Positions 14,020 to 26,929 of a stretch of 64,000 nt of DNA are shown in pieces. The stretch spans positions 34,162,001-34,226,000 of the forward strand of contig OX597830.1 in assembly GCA_951406725.2 (NCBI GenBank), read 5' to 3'. Both the position numbers and the translations under genes were made by a program. Position 1 is the stretch's first letter. Each line of letters opens with the position of its first letter. This DNA comes from Octopus vulgaris (lineage: Eukaryota). The notes under the pieces were generated by a model. The model ran no database searches, was not told where the DNA came from, and saw only the letters and a list, made by a program, of their open reading frames with translations.

Positions 14020-14303
14020 TAAGAGATGAGGAATTATGTATATTATTTACATTTAATGGATATTTGCCCTCATATGGCATAGTGGTTAAGAGCGCGGGCT
14101 ACTAACCCCAAGATTCCGAGTTCAATTCCAGGCAGTGACCTGAATATTAATGATAATAATATCGAAAAATACCTTAGAAATGAGAACTCAGGTTCTAAAT
14201 TTCCCTAAGACACCTGATGAAGGCTGAAGGGTATATCAGCCGAAACGTGTTAACAACAAACATGATGAGGACAAATAGCCATCAAATGTAAATAATGTAA
14301 ATA
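14020..14303 (+). mobile_element. tRNA-headed non-autonomous retroelement with hammerhead-like core and 5' inverted copy of its own 3' end
   Basis: A-box TGGCATAGTGG 14075-14085, B-box GAGTTCAATTCC 14118-14129, CTGATGA 14214-14220, GGCTG/CAGCC stem, GAAA 14242-14245; about 14036-14073 is the reverse complement of about 14265-14303. Confidence 0.75.
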
Positions 14304-15398
14304 GCATGGATTTAGTTAATATTTATTGTTACCAAATAATAGCAGAGATGCTCTTTCATTGAATAGTAGCAGAGGGTTGTGTTTTCTAACACCATTACCA
14401 CCTTTACTACTACTACTACGTCGACGATGACGATGACAACAACGATGATGACTCCTCCTGCTGCTGCAAGCATGCGAAAAAGTCATACCATTCACTAGTG
14501 ATGAAGTCACTTTGTGTCTTTCTATGACTGACACCAAAGCTCTTGCTGGCTCAGGTGAAAGGTCATTAAAATAGGTACCATGGGAAAGTATAAGCTCTCC
14601 ATTGTTGGTTGCAGGAGAGATAGGCTTTGTAATTGCTTAATCCTTTCATTATCTTGTTGGGTTGGAACATGACCCTCCTATGGAATACTCGGTAGGCAGG
14701 GGACAGATGGATACTAACAGCTATTTTAATTATACAGAAGCATGCTATTCCCAGTGCCTGCTCCACCTTCTAAAAGAAATATGCCAACCCACCATCCCAA
14801 AAATTCGTTTTTGGAATTATGGTTGTAATCAATCACAAAATCATAATTAATACAATTATTCTCATTATTTCCTTCTTTTAGAACAGACAAAAAAAAAACC
14901 CTTGTGACTAAGGGAGTTTGGTTATAGCAGAGGGTGTTGTTGAAGTTGGGGATAGAAATACTGTTGTTTATGTCAGTGGTGGTGGTGGTGGTGGTGGTGG
15001 TAGAATAGGTGATGTTGCTGACGGTGGTTAGTGGCATTGCATATGTTGGCCAGTAAAGAAACCTTGGAGAATGTTGTGGTGATGGTATTGGTGGTAGTGG
15101 TGGTGGTGGCAGTGGGTGGTCACACTAATTATTTGTTGCCAAGGTGGTGGTGGTGAAATACAGACGATCTGACAGCAAAGTGAATCATAATTATAGAAAG
15201 GGTAAATGGTAAGGGAGTGTAGGTGGTAGCTGCAGAGATGCTATCCCACTAGAACAATATCGTTATTATTTTCTCATTAATAACAGATATCTCGCTTATT
15301 ATATGAGGAAGTAGGAGGAAAAGAAGGGGAGTAGGAATCTTGTTGCTGTTTATATATCATTTATGTATTTTTATCCATAAAGTATATACATACTGAAT

Positions 15399-15433
<35 letters not shown>

Positions 15434-15515
15434 TAAATATATATATATATCTTCATACATACATGTGTGTGTATATATATAAATATATATATATATATAT
15501 CTTCATACATACATA

Positions 15516-15578
<63 letters not shown>

Positions 15579-16219
15579 TGCATACATATGTGTATGTATG
15601 TATATATATATATATATAGATAGATAGATACACACACACATATATATCTAAATTCATACTTTTACATACAATTATATATTTATCATTTTGTCATTTTTGT
15701 TTAATTGTAATTTACTCATGTTTATTTGGGATTAAATATTTTTTTGTATTCTTAACCCCAACCCATCCCCCAACAAACAAACCAAAAAAAAAAAAGTCAT
15801 AAAATTTTCTCTCTAATAATTCAGTGCATTTTTAATATTTCTTTTAAAGAAATATTTTATTTGTGTTTCCATAGCTGTGTGTGTGTGTGTGTGGGGGGGA
15901 GACTGGTCATCCTTTTTCATAACCACACCCTTCTCCTATAATCTTTTGCATACTTTTTCCCATTATTTCTCTTGGGGAGTCTGCATCAGCTAATAATAAT
16001 TACAATAATTCCAGTGCTAGTAATGATGCTGATGCAGCCAATAATGAAAATGACAATGATGATGATGATGATGATGCTCATGATAATTATTACTGTTGTT
16101 TTTTTTTATATTTTAAACTTTATATAGCATGTCATTTATTATTGTTGAATTAGCAGAATTCCTACAGAAGCTGTAGGTATATTAGTTATTCAATATTATT
16201 ATTATCACTAGTAGCACAA

Positions 16220-16241
16220 ATAATAATAATAATAACAATAA

Positions 16242-16289
<48 letters not shown>

Positions 16290-16306
16290 TAATAATAATA
16301 ATGATG

Positions 16307-16359
<53 letters not shown>

Positions 16360-16396
16360 AATAGTAATAATAATGATAATAATAGTAATAATAATG

Positions 16397-16427
<31 letters not shown>

Positions 16428-16522
16428 TAATAATAATAATAATGATAATGATGATGATAACAATAATAATAATAATAATGGTAACAATAATAATAATAAT
16501 AATGATAATAATAATAATAATG

Positions 16523-16570
<48 letters not shown>
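16220..16570. repeat. (AAT)n microsatellite
   Basis: Seen directly. Confidence 0.95.
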
Positions 16571-16572
<2 letters not shown>

Positions 16573-16940
16573 GAGGAGGAGGAGGATTCATTTTGAATTT
16601 TTTTAAATTTTGTTTTTAATTCAATATTTGTATTTTGTGTTATTTTATTTAAATTATGAATTTTGTCTTTTCTGTTCTTAAACTTTATTTTACTTCTCTG
16701 GCTGTAATTTCCATGCCAGTTTTAATTTGTATGTAATAGAGCATGGCATATTGGTGTCTGAGTCTAGACGTTAATAAGGATATGTGCATAGGCACATACA
16801 CAAACATGCTACATATAAGTTATTTCATGCAGGTGTCTATATATATATATATACATATATATATATGCAGGTGTCTACACACACACATTCCTACACATCC
16901 ACTTATACATATGTGTGAATGCGCAGTACAGGTATATATA

Positions 16941-17010
<70 letters not shown>

Positions 17011-17523
17011 TGCATATAGATACACACATACATGTGCATTTATATGCACATACATATTGATGTGCATATTTGTGTACCTATGTAAGATTTTTGTATCTTT
17101 AATATATATATATATATACACATATATATATATACATATGCAGTTATACATACATGTCTGCATGTGTGAGTGTGTGCGTGCATGCATGTATTTAAGTATT
17201 AATGAATTTTTTTTATTTGCAATCATTCAATTCATTTTCATATAATTTCCATTTTCTTTTAAAATTTGGATTTTTTTTCCCAATTTTTCTCTCTATGACT
17301 GTCACACTCCTTCACCTTTTCTCAATCCAGCATCATCTAAACTAACTCCGACACAGCCTCCAGTCCCAATCAGTTTCCTTACCCTCCCACCACCGCTACT
17401 CCTTACCCTGCTCCATCCCATTACACTTCCACTTCCCAAGATGTCATACCTGACTGAACATTCAACTGATACAAATTAAAATAGTTTCCAACTCAATTAG
17501 ATGAGGAGGGGAAAATAATAAAG

Positions 17524-17572
<49 letters not shown>

Positions 17573-17684
17573 TAATAATAATGATAATTTAACACTTTGT
17601 AATATTTTGTAAATTAATATCAAATGAATAAAATTATCACAAAATTAAAAAGATAAAATATAATATACTGATGAATTTACTTTA

Positions 17685-17745
<61 letters not shown>

Positions 17746-18227
17746 TACTTTTTGTAATGATCATCATCATCAGTAGTAGTAGTAGTAGCAATAGCATCAG
17801 TAGTAGTAGCAGCAACTAGCACTAATATTGTAAACCTCTTCAAATTTTGTGGTATATTAGTAATCACTTTAGTGCTTGGTAGTCTATTACATACTAGCTG
17901 CTGGGTCATAGCTGAATGTTAACAACTCCTCTGCATCAGTCATCTATTTACTTTTCTAAATGTGTGCCGCCCTACTGGCACTTGTGCTGGTGGCACGTGT
18001 AAAAACATTCGAGCAAGGTTTGTTGCCAGTATCGCATGACTGGCCCTCATGCAGGTGGCATGTAAAAGCACCCACTACACTCTCGGAGTGTTTGGCTTTA
18101 GGAAGGGCATCAAGCTGTAGAAACTCTGCCAGATCAAAATTGGAGCCTGGTGCAGCCTTCTGGTTTGCCAGCCCTCAGTCAAATCGTCCAACCCATGCTA
18201 GCATGGAAAGCGGACGTTAAACGATGA

Positions 18228-18287
<60 letters not shown>

Positions 18288-19035
18288 CTGAGGAGGATGA
18301 GATAAACTATCTGCATCAATTTACTATAAAAACAAGTAGTAATTTTGCCTTGCATTTATTCTTAGTGGCATGGGCTGGACGTTTTGACAGCAACTGGTTA
18401 GGGAGAAGACTGAACTAGGCTCTAGTGTCTGTTTTGGCATGCTTTTTACAGCTGGATGCCCTTTGTAAGTGATTTTTACACGGCACCAACACAGGTGAGT
18501 TCAGTTTTGGCATGGATTTTACATCTGGATGCCGTTCTAAATGCCAACCACTTTGCATGTGGACTGGATGATTTTTACATGACACCAGCACTGGCAGGGT
18601 CAGCAAGTAATTTGCAGAACAAAGGTCTTTTGGGAGGGTATGGGGCACTGGAGGAAGTGATCTTGTGCCATATGATTAAATGTTAGTATGTGACAGAGAG
18701 AGACAGAAACAGGTGTCTTGCTGTACAGGGGATACGTGGTTACCCATTCAGAGAGTGAGAGAGAGTGTGAGAGATGGTAGAGCCGAGCAAGACAGATATG
18801 ATGTTTTGCATATTTATTCATTACACATCCAGATAGGTTCAGACCTAAAATATGTATGTTGTTGTAGTGTACATTATAGGAGGATAACTACTCTCTTTTA
18901 CAAAAAGAGTGTGCTGAACACAAGTGGTTCATTGGCATATGACACTTTGGGACACCAGTGTTTTGGCATATTGTGTCTCATCAGTTAGAAGCAGCCATGA
19001 CTGTGAGCTTAAACAAAGCCACTGGCTTTTATATA

Positions 19036-19251
19036 CAAAGGGGTGCTGAAAAGCTCCTGGTTTTTGAGTACAAGAAAATACAGGAGGATCAGTTAATTAT
19101 GATTTTATCGAACATATTCTCCTCTCAGATTCACACACTTATTGCAACAGACTTTTAGTTATTAAGCCCTGTAAAAGCACTTGTAATGCTGGGCCTCCAA
19201 CTAGGCCTTTCACAATACTCTTAAAGTGAGGAACTTTTCAGTACCCTCTCA
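19036..19251. mobile_element. mariner-type MITE
   Basis: Imperfect TIRs CAAAGGGGTGCTGAAAAGCTCCT / AGGAACTTTTCAGTACCCTCTCA, flanked by TA. Confidence 0.7.
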
Positions 19252-20010
19252 TATAGTGGGTGTGTGTAGAGAATGACTTAGAAAACATCAGAGTTTTACA
19301 AGCTGTTTAAAGAAGTGAAACCAATGACCAAGAAAATTCCCTTTGGAATATTGCCAAAACTGATTTGAAAAACACAAGAGTATGGTTATAAGCCTCTAGG
19401 GAAATGGTGAACCATAGAAAAAAATGGAATGTTATATTTCTTTAACTATCGTATTACTTTGGTCATTGATTTCGGTTGACATTCATTCAAATGGACCACT
19501 GACCCAAGACATTTCAATCTGTTATCTGTTCACTCTCTTCTATTCTTATACTGCAGACTGTTTTGTTTTCAGGAAGCATTTAAAATTTTTAAACGACTGC
19601 TTGGAGCACATTGCTTTGTATATTCTTTGACAGCAACATGTCTTTAAAATCAAACCAACTGTCAACAACAATGCTTAAGTAGTTTAATGCCTACAAGTTT
19701 GAAGTGCTTCAGAAAATGCTTAAACTCATTGATCTACCTTAAATTGCTCAATGATCTTCATCCTGCTGTAATCCACAACACATATCCACCACCATAACTC
19801 ATATATAGCCTCCTCTATACTCTATATCAAAGCCACCAGCATCATACTTTACAAACCACCTACATTGACCTATTAAAAGAAACTTGAAGAATTATTCAGA
19901 TTTAGGTAAGCGTAGTGATGGACACCAGCATTGGTTGTCAAGTGATGGTTGAGGTACAGACCCAAAAACAAATAACAAAAAACGTACATAAATATATATA
20001 AATATATATA

Positions 20011-20250
20011 ATCAAAATAAGCAACAGGATATCAAATGCAGCTGAGGATGGCACCACATTTAAATTGATCTAATGATTGCATTGTTCAATTAAATGGAGT
20101 CGCTTGAAACGGTCGTGCTGCATCACTACTTGATATCCTGTTGCTTATTTTGATTTTATTCACTTTACTTCGAGCTGTGCAGATAATACCGAACTGACTT
20201 GGTGCTTCAACTTAAGTACCTAATTCAACTGAATCTCAATTATTTCTATA
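20011..20250 (+). mobile_element. Penelope-like terminal fragment with 25-bp inverted repeat enclosing a degenerate hammerhead motif
   Basis: ATCAAAATAAGCAACAGGATATCAA 20011-20035 is the exact reverse complement of 20130-20154; CTGAGGA 20042-20048 and GAAACGGTC 20106-20114 lie between; flanked by TA-rich tracts. Confidence 0.6.
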
Positions 20251-20263
20251 AATAAATAAATAA

Positions 20264-20309
<46 letters not shown>

Positions 20310-21229
20310 GACAAGCTTTTTTCAGTTTCTGTGTCCCAAATCCACATGTAAGCCTTTGGTTGGTATGAGGCTATAACATGTGGTTGTGAAGCAAGCTTCT
20401 TACCACACAGCCACTCCTGTGCCTATTCATGTATTAAACATTTTATCTTAAATTGGTTTCAAATTTTGGCACTTGACCGGTAGTCTTGACAGAGAGGCTA
20501 AGTTAATTACAATGACCACAGTACTCAACTGGTCCTATTTTTATTGACCTTGAAAGGATGAAAGATTAAATTGACCTCAGCAGAATTTGAGCTCAGGGTG
20601 TTAAGACAGATGAAATATTGGTAAGCACTTTGCCCAGTGTACTAACAATTCTGCCAGCTCATCACCTTACGTTTTATCATATATTTCAAAAAGTTAAGCA
20701 TTTGTCTCTACAGCACTTTCAGAATTATATTGCGATGCCATTTGGTTGCGACACATAACTTGGTGATTACTTCTGAAAAACATAGTTTTGAGTTCAAATC
20801 CACTGTGTGTCACTTTGGGTAAGTGTCTTGAATTACAGCATGGGCCAATTAAAGCTTTGGGAGCAGATTTGGTTGATGGAGACTAGAAGAAGCCCATTGT
20901 ATGTGTGTGTGTATGTTTGTGCATGTATCCTTTACTTGACATCAGGCAATGGTTGTAAATGAGCATTACTCTCATAAAAGCAATGTTGTTCATCTCCAGT
21001 TTTTTGTGAATAGTATTGCTGCTGGTCACAGCAACATATTAACTTATCTGGAAACAGATGAAAGATGGGGACAGGAATGTCATTGAACCATAAAAAATTC
21101 AACAAATTCCCCATGCAAACATGGAACATTGGATGTTATATGATGGTTATATATATATATTTATATTAGACAGAATGAGATAACAAATCCGAGGCTGTGA
21201 TGAGTTTTCAGGACATTTATAATGAAATA

Positions 21230-21277
21230 GTCTTACAGCTGTTTCTGGGATATTATGGATATCCCTTCATCAGAGAC
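21230..21277 (-). ncRNA. Type I hammerhead ribozyme motif (minimal, palindromic stem III)
   Basis: Minus strand reads GTCT CTGATGA A GGGATAT CCATA ATATCCC A GAAA CAGCTG TA AGAC: stem I GTCT/AGAC, 7-bp stem II, palindrome ACAGCTGT, GUA site. Confidence 0.8.
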
Positions 21278-21469
21278 GGTGTGAGAAAATATTTGAGTTT
21301 GAATTATTGTGGGAAAAGAGATAGGGAATATGGAGGGAAATAACAGAAGAAAAGTAGAAATAAGATATATAAAGATATTGTAGTTGCAGTTCCATTATTC
21401 AAGGAAAATGGTGTATAGAAGTGGTAAAAAGTTTCCTGTATGTGTTATGTAAGTTCCAATAGCAGTTAG

Positions 21470-21757
21470 GTTTAGTGGTTAGGGTGTTGCAATCACAATC
21501 GCAAGATCATACTTTTAATTTGTAGACGAGTGGTGCCTTGTTTTCTTGAGTAAAGCATTTAATCTTATATTGCTCTGCAATCACTTAAACATCTGACGCA
21601 TGGTACAAAGTGCACCTATTCAGACAACGTCGATTTGATGAAGAGAGCAAGCTAATGGGCAGCATGAACATTTGATCATTATAAACAAATCATTTGAGCA
21701 GGTCATTTGCCAAAAAGCTGAGCACCCATACATCATGTTCGACAAGAGAGTCCATCG
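21470..21757 (+). mobile_element. Diverged tRNA-derived SINE
   Basis: GGTTTAGTGGTTAGGGTG A-box-like head; layout resembles the 8937 element head. Confidence 0.5.
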
Positions 21758-22136
21758 TATATATATATGTGTGTGTGTGTATGTGTGCGTGTCTGTGTTT
21801 GTCTGTGTGTGTAAATGAAAATGATGGTTTCAGTACTTTTGATCATCAGTCTGATCAATCAAGGCAACCCTAGGGTTACACAAAACAAAATACATTGCCT
21901 AAAAATATCTCCACCCGTTGTGTGATGAAGTGGGGGATGATCTTTCTGACCTTCCAAGAAACAAGAAATAGACAATATATATATATAGATGAAAATCACA
22001 GGCAATAAAAATAGCAATCACGAAATTGCTGAGTGAAACTGATGTACTTGCTAGTCTCCTTCCTGATAACAAAAAAGGCACAGAAGACATCACATGGTTT
22101 TGCTCCACACTTTGCAATGCTGTGTTTCTTTTGAAT

Positions 22137-22173
<37 letters not shown>

Positions 22174-22303
22174 CTATAGTTATTGTAGATGTTGTTATTG
22201 TAGTACAAGCTGTGGCTGAGGTAGATAGTGTTGGTAAAATTTTCTTGCTGTATTAGCAGTTACTGATGTTGTTTATTATTATTTTGAATGTATGTGTAAT
22301 GTG

Positions 22304-22340
<37 letters not shown>

Positions 22341-22652
22341 TATTGTTGTGTTTGCCCCTGTTATTGTTCTTCCTGTTTCGGCGATGATACATATTAATCT
22401 TGTTGTCATTGTTGTTATTGTCATCATCCGATGACTTGTAGTTGTTGCAATGGTTTCTTGATTTCCTCTTGGAGATTAATATGTCTATCTGACCTTTGGT
22501 GCATCTTTCGTACTTCTTACCTTTTGCAAGATATGACAGGAATTGACAAAATTTTGAAAATATATTCTCAATCAAAAGAAGAGGAAACAAATGTTCATAA
22601 ATTACTTTTTGTTCTCACTTCACAATTATATATGTATATATACACCCAGACA

Positions 22653-22714
<62 letters not shown>

Positions 22715-22739
22715 TATATATATATATACATATATATAC

Positions 22740-22785
<46 letters not shown>

Positions 22786-23370
22786 CATATATGTATATAT
22801 ATGTATACATGCATATATATTTGTGTGTGTGTATATATTGATAGATATACAAATATGTATGAATATATATATATATATATATACATGCACGTGCATTATA
22901 TACATATACATATAAGTGCTATAGTTTGTTTCAAGCATTGCAGAACATGGCAAAAAATCAGTGTGATGTAGAAAGCATTGCTGTTGCCTTCAGTGCTATA
23001 CCGTTTTCTACTCTCACAAACATACACCTAGAATATCAATATATCTATCTATCTATCTATCTATTGATCAGTCTGTCTGTTGGTCTGTCTGTCTCAATGA
23101 ATGTATATATGTCATTATGTATGAAATAGCTATCTATGCGCCACAATGTATATACACCAATGATAGGCCAATTATCACAGTATTCGTTTTCTGAGATAAC
23201 ATCTCTTGCAAAAATGTTGTCTTAAAACACAAGCACACACACACACACACACGTACACACCGACACACACACACACATACATACACAAATACACTATATA
23301 CATATACATAATAAAGTTATAATAAAAGAGAATAGAGATTTATATCCAGCTTTATTTTTTTTCATTTCTG

Positions 23371-23464
23371 CACCTACACATGTTTCTGTAGCAATTAACT
23401 AATGCACATTGGAAAACTTGCATCTTTATATGCCCTTATTGTTAGATGCCACTTCTTCAGGATG
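23371..23464 (-). ncRNA. Type I hammerhead ribozyme motif with long stem II
   Basis: Minus strand reads CATC CTGAAGA A GTGGCA...TGCTAC A GAAA CATGTG TA GGTG: stem I CATC/GGTG, stem II GTGGCA/TGCTAC, quasi-palindromic stem III, GUA site. Confidence 0.7.
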
Positions 23465-23522
23465 GAATCAGCCGCATCGTTCAGATAGAATCTAAATTAA
23501 ATACAAGTCCAGCTGATATACA

Positions 23523-23562
<40 letters not shown>

Positions 23563-24015
23563 CAGGCCTCTTTCAGTTTCCATGTACCAAATCCACTCAT
23601 ATGACTTTGGTCAGTCTGGTGCTGTTGTAGAAAACGCATGCCAAGGTACCTCACAAGGAAATTGAGGCAAGGCCTATGTGGTTGGAATGGAAACTTCTTA
23701 ACCACTCATATATACACCGATGTGTTCATACCAGTATTAATTATAACTACAAAAAAAGACATCTCACTGCTATTTTGCTAAGTATGATAATATTTATTGA
23801 GACCTCATATATTGGAGTTGTTGAGAGAGACAACCAGGGTGGGGTTGAGTGGACTCAAACAGCAAGAGGACAAGAGAAAGGAAAAATAGAGGGCCATGTA
23901 AAAGTTGGAGAAAAAGAAAAGAAAAAGACATAGAGTAAGATAGTACAGATGTAAGAAGAGATGTAGAAGAAAGGAAAAGGAGGAAAAAACTCTAAAAATA
24001 AAGAGGGGAAAAGGG

Positions 24016-24179
24016 TAGGGCTGTCTTAGTGAATTAGAGGCCTGCAGATGAATCAGTGTACTGAGCCCTATAATATGTATTGGTAGGAAGCCACAGCATA
24101 CATAGATTAGAATTGGTCGCCTAGGCTTGTGAGGCCCCTGGGTAACTGTGCAGTGTGCCCATGCTTTAAGACAGCATTG
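24016..24179. mobile_element. hAT-type MITE
   Basis: Imperfect TIRs TAGGGCTGTCTTA / TAAGACAGCATTG; similar 8-bp flanks GAAAAGGG / GAAGAAGG. Confidence 0.5.
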
Positions 24180-25169
24180 GAAGAAGGTGCAATATTCATT
24201 ACAGAAAGTTAGCAAGACAACTTTGGCAGAAGGGAATTTTATGAAGTTCAATGTGAAGAATTTTCAAAGAATGGTTAAAAATAATAAGGAAACGGAAAGA
24301 GGTTTATATTGTAATTAATAATTGCTTCTTAAGATGTGAGGAGGGAAGTGAGGGCTTTTTGCATTTCATCATCAAATAGAGTGGTTTGACACCCCATCCT
24401 ATTACACAAGTATCACACACACACACTTGTATCCTCAATTCTTTACACGTTCTAATCCAAGGATTCTGATCATGCTGGGACAAACTCAACGTTTTGGACA
24501 GTCCGAGGCTATAATAAAGAACACTTACCCAAGGCACAATGCAGTGGGACTGAACCCAGAACCATGTGGTTGGAAAGCAAACATTTTACCACACAGCCAC
24601 GCTTGTGTCTCATTTATATCTATGATACTTTTAAATCCATTTTTCATCCTGGTGTGAGAAACATTAGCACACTGAGCAAAATACCTAATGGTATTTTGTC
24701 TGCCATTAAGTTCTGAGTTCTAATTCTGCCGAGGTCATTTTGCTTTTCATCCTTTTGGGTTAGATTAAATAAGTACCTGTTACGCACTGGGGTCAATGTA
24801 ATCGACTTAATCTTTCTGTCTGTCCTTGTTTTCCCCCTCTATGCCCCTGTGGGCAATAAAGAAATAAAAATGGTTTCACAAGATTCAACAGGTCAATGAT
24901 GTTGTTATTTCTCTCCAATGTCTCACTTTTGGCATAGTTTCTATCACCAAACTTCTTTCTTAACACTAACCACCTTACAGAGTACATTGAGAGTGTTATT
25001 TTCTGATACCAGTAAGATAGAGGTTTTCTTAGTCAACGTCCAGCGAGCACTGTGTACTGTCCCAGCTTGAATCACTTACGAGTCACATAGAGTGTACTGG
25101 ATACTTTTTGTCACACCTGTACAGTTAAGAAATCTTGTTGCAGGTTTCACATGTTTATATCCCCCCCCC

Positions 25170-25216
<47 letters not shown>

Positions 25217-26542
25217 TACACACACAAATATATTTATATTCATATATAAGGATAATTGCAATACACCTTTTTTTTAAAAAATCAATACACAGTGTGAAAC
25301 AATAGCCCAGAAATCGAAGAATTTTACAAACGAGTATTAAATCCATATAATTAGAGAAAGCAATTTTTAATTGCATTCCTTGATATTCTGTAAACTTATC
25401 TATTTATCTCTTTCTGGATTTAAAATTTTCATTAAAAAAATATTTTGTTACTTTTTTTTTCTTTCCTCCAATTGCAGTAGTGTTAATTCAAGCTGAAGAT
25501 TTCAAGTTGACACGATGTAAATAAAACCTATAATTTCAGCTCTTTAAATTTTTGATCTCTTCCTCTTTGATCTCCAATCTCTTGATCTACTGCTTTAATT
25601 AATGATTTTATTTTTTTTCTCCTACGTTAGATTACATTTGAATTTTTTTGTTTCCTTTAATTCTCATTGTTTACAACAATCATTATTGTAACTATTCTTA
25701 TTATTATCATCATCATCATCATCGTTACCACTATCATGCTCATTATCATTATTATTATTAGTGGTGTGGTGAGCTGATGGAATCATTAGAACGTTGATAA
25801 AAAGAATGTTTCCCAGTGCTTGTTCCCACTCTTTACATATGGAGTTCAAGCCCTGCTGAGTTCAACTTTGCTTTTCATTTTTGGGGTTGATAAGATAAAG
25901 TACCAGTCACATAGTGAACTCAATATAATCGAATATACCTCCCTAATTGCTGGCCTTTGACTATTTCTTCAAGCTCATTACAACCTAAATCCAAATCCTG
26001 TGAAGGCCAACTTTGGCTGTCATCCTTTTGGAGTCAATAAAATATAATACCAGTCAAGTATTGGGGGTCAATGTAAATCGACAAGCTATCACCAATTGTT
26101 GGCCTTGTGCAAAAATTTGAAATTGTTATTATTATCATTACCATTATTATTGCATAATGCGGTCTTCTACCTAGCCAGTCCCTATCAAACTGGCCAACAC
26201 ATGCCAGCATAGGAAAACAGACGTTAAATGATGATGAGGAGGAGGAGGAGGAGAAGGTGGATTGCAGCAAACTGGTTGAATCATTGGCACACAAAATGCC
26301 TTGCAGCATTTCATCCATTTTTACATTATGAGTTCAAATTCTACCAAGGCTAACTTTAGCTTTCATAGTTTCGGGGTCAGTAGAAATAATTACCAGCTGA
26401 GTAGTGAGTTCCATGTAATTGACCAGACTGCTTGCCCCAAATTTCAGGTCTTCTGCTTGTTAGCAACACTATACCAAAAGAGGGAGCCGTATTAAATGAT
26501 TAAAGGTCCTTTGGGTCATTCTGTCTTGAGATTTCTAACACA

Positions 26543-26915
26543 GGTGCAGGAGTGGCTGTGTGGTAAGAAGCTTGCTTACCAACTACATGGTTCTGGATTC
26601 AGTCACACTGCATGGCACCTTGGACAAGTGTGTCTACTATAGCCTTGGGCCAACCAAAGCCTTGTGAGTAGATTTGGTAGACGGAAACTGAGAGAAACCC
26701 ATTGTATATATATATGTGTGTATCTGTGATTGTCCCCCTACCATCACTTGACAACCGATGCTGGTGTGCTTATGTCCCCACAACTTAGCAGTTTGGCATA
26801 GAGACCGATAGAATAAATACTAGGCTTACAAAGAATAAGTCCTGGGGTTGATTTGTTTGACTAAAGGCTGTGCTCCAGCATGGCTGCAGTCAAATGACTG
26901 GAACTAGTAAAAGAA
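26543..26915 (+). mobile_element. SINE family A
   Basis: Full-length match beginning GGTGCAGGAGTGGCTGTGTGGTAAG. Confidence 0.85.
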
Positions 26916-26929
26916 AGGAAAAAGAATAA

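Noticed and set aside
21820-21852. CTGATGA...GAAA on the minus strand
   Set aside because: No stem II or stem I pairing; likely chance
25038-25101. Imperfect hairpin TCCAG...CTGGA
   Set aside because: Several bulges and a ~22-nt loop; too weak for a miRNA call
25479-25517. Possible 39-nt exon (pyrimidine tract-CAG ... GTAAAT; VLIQAEDFKLTR)
   Set aside because: Weak donor, no partner exons, no recognisable homology
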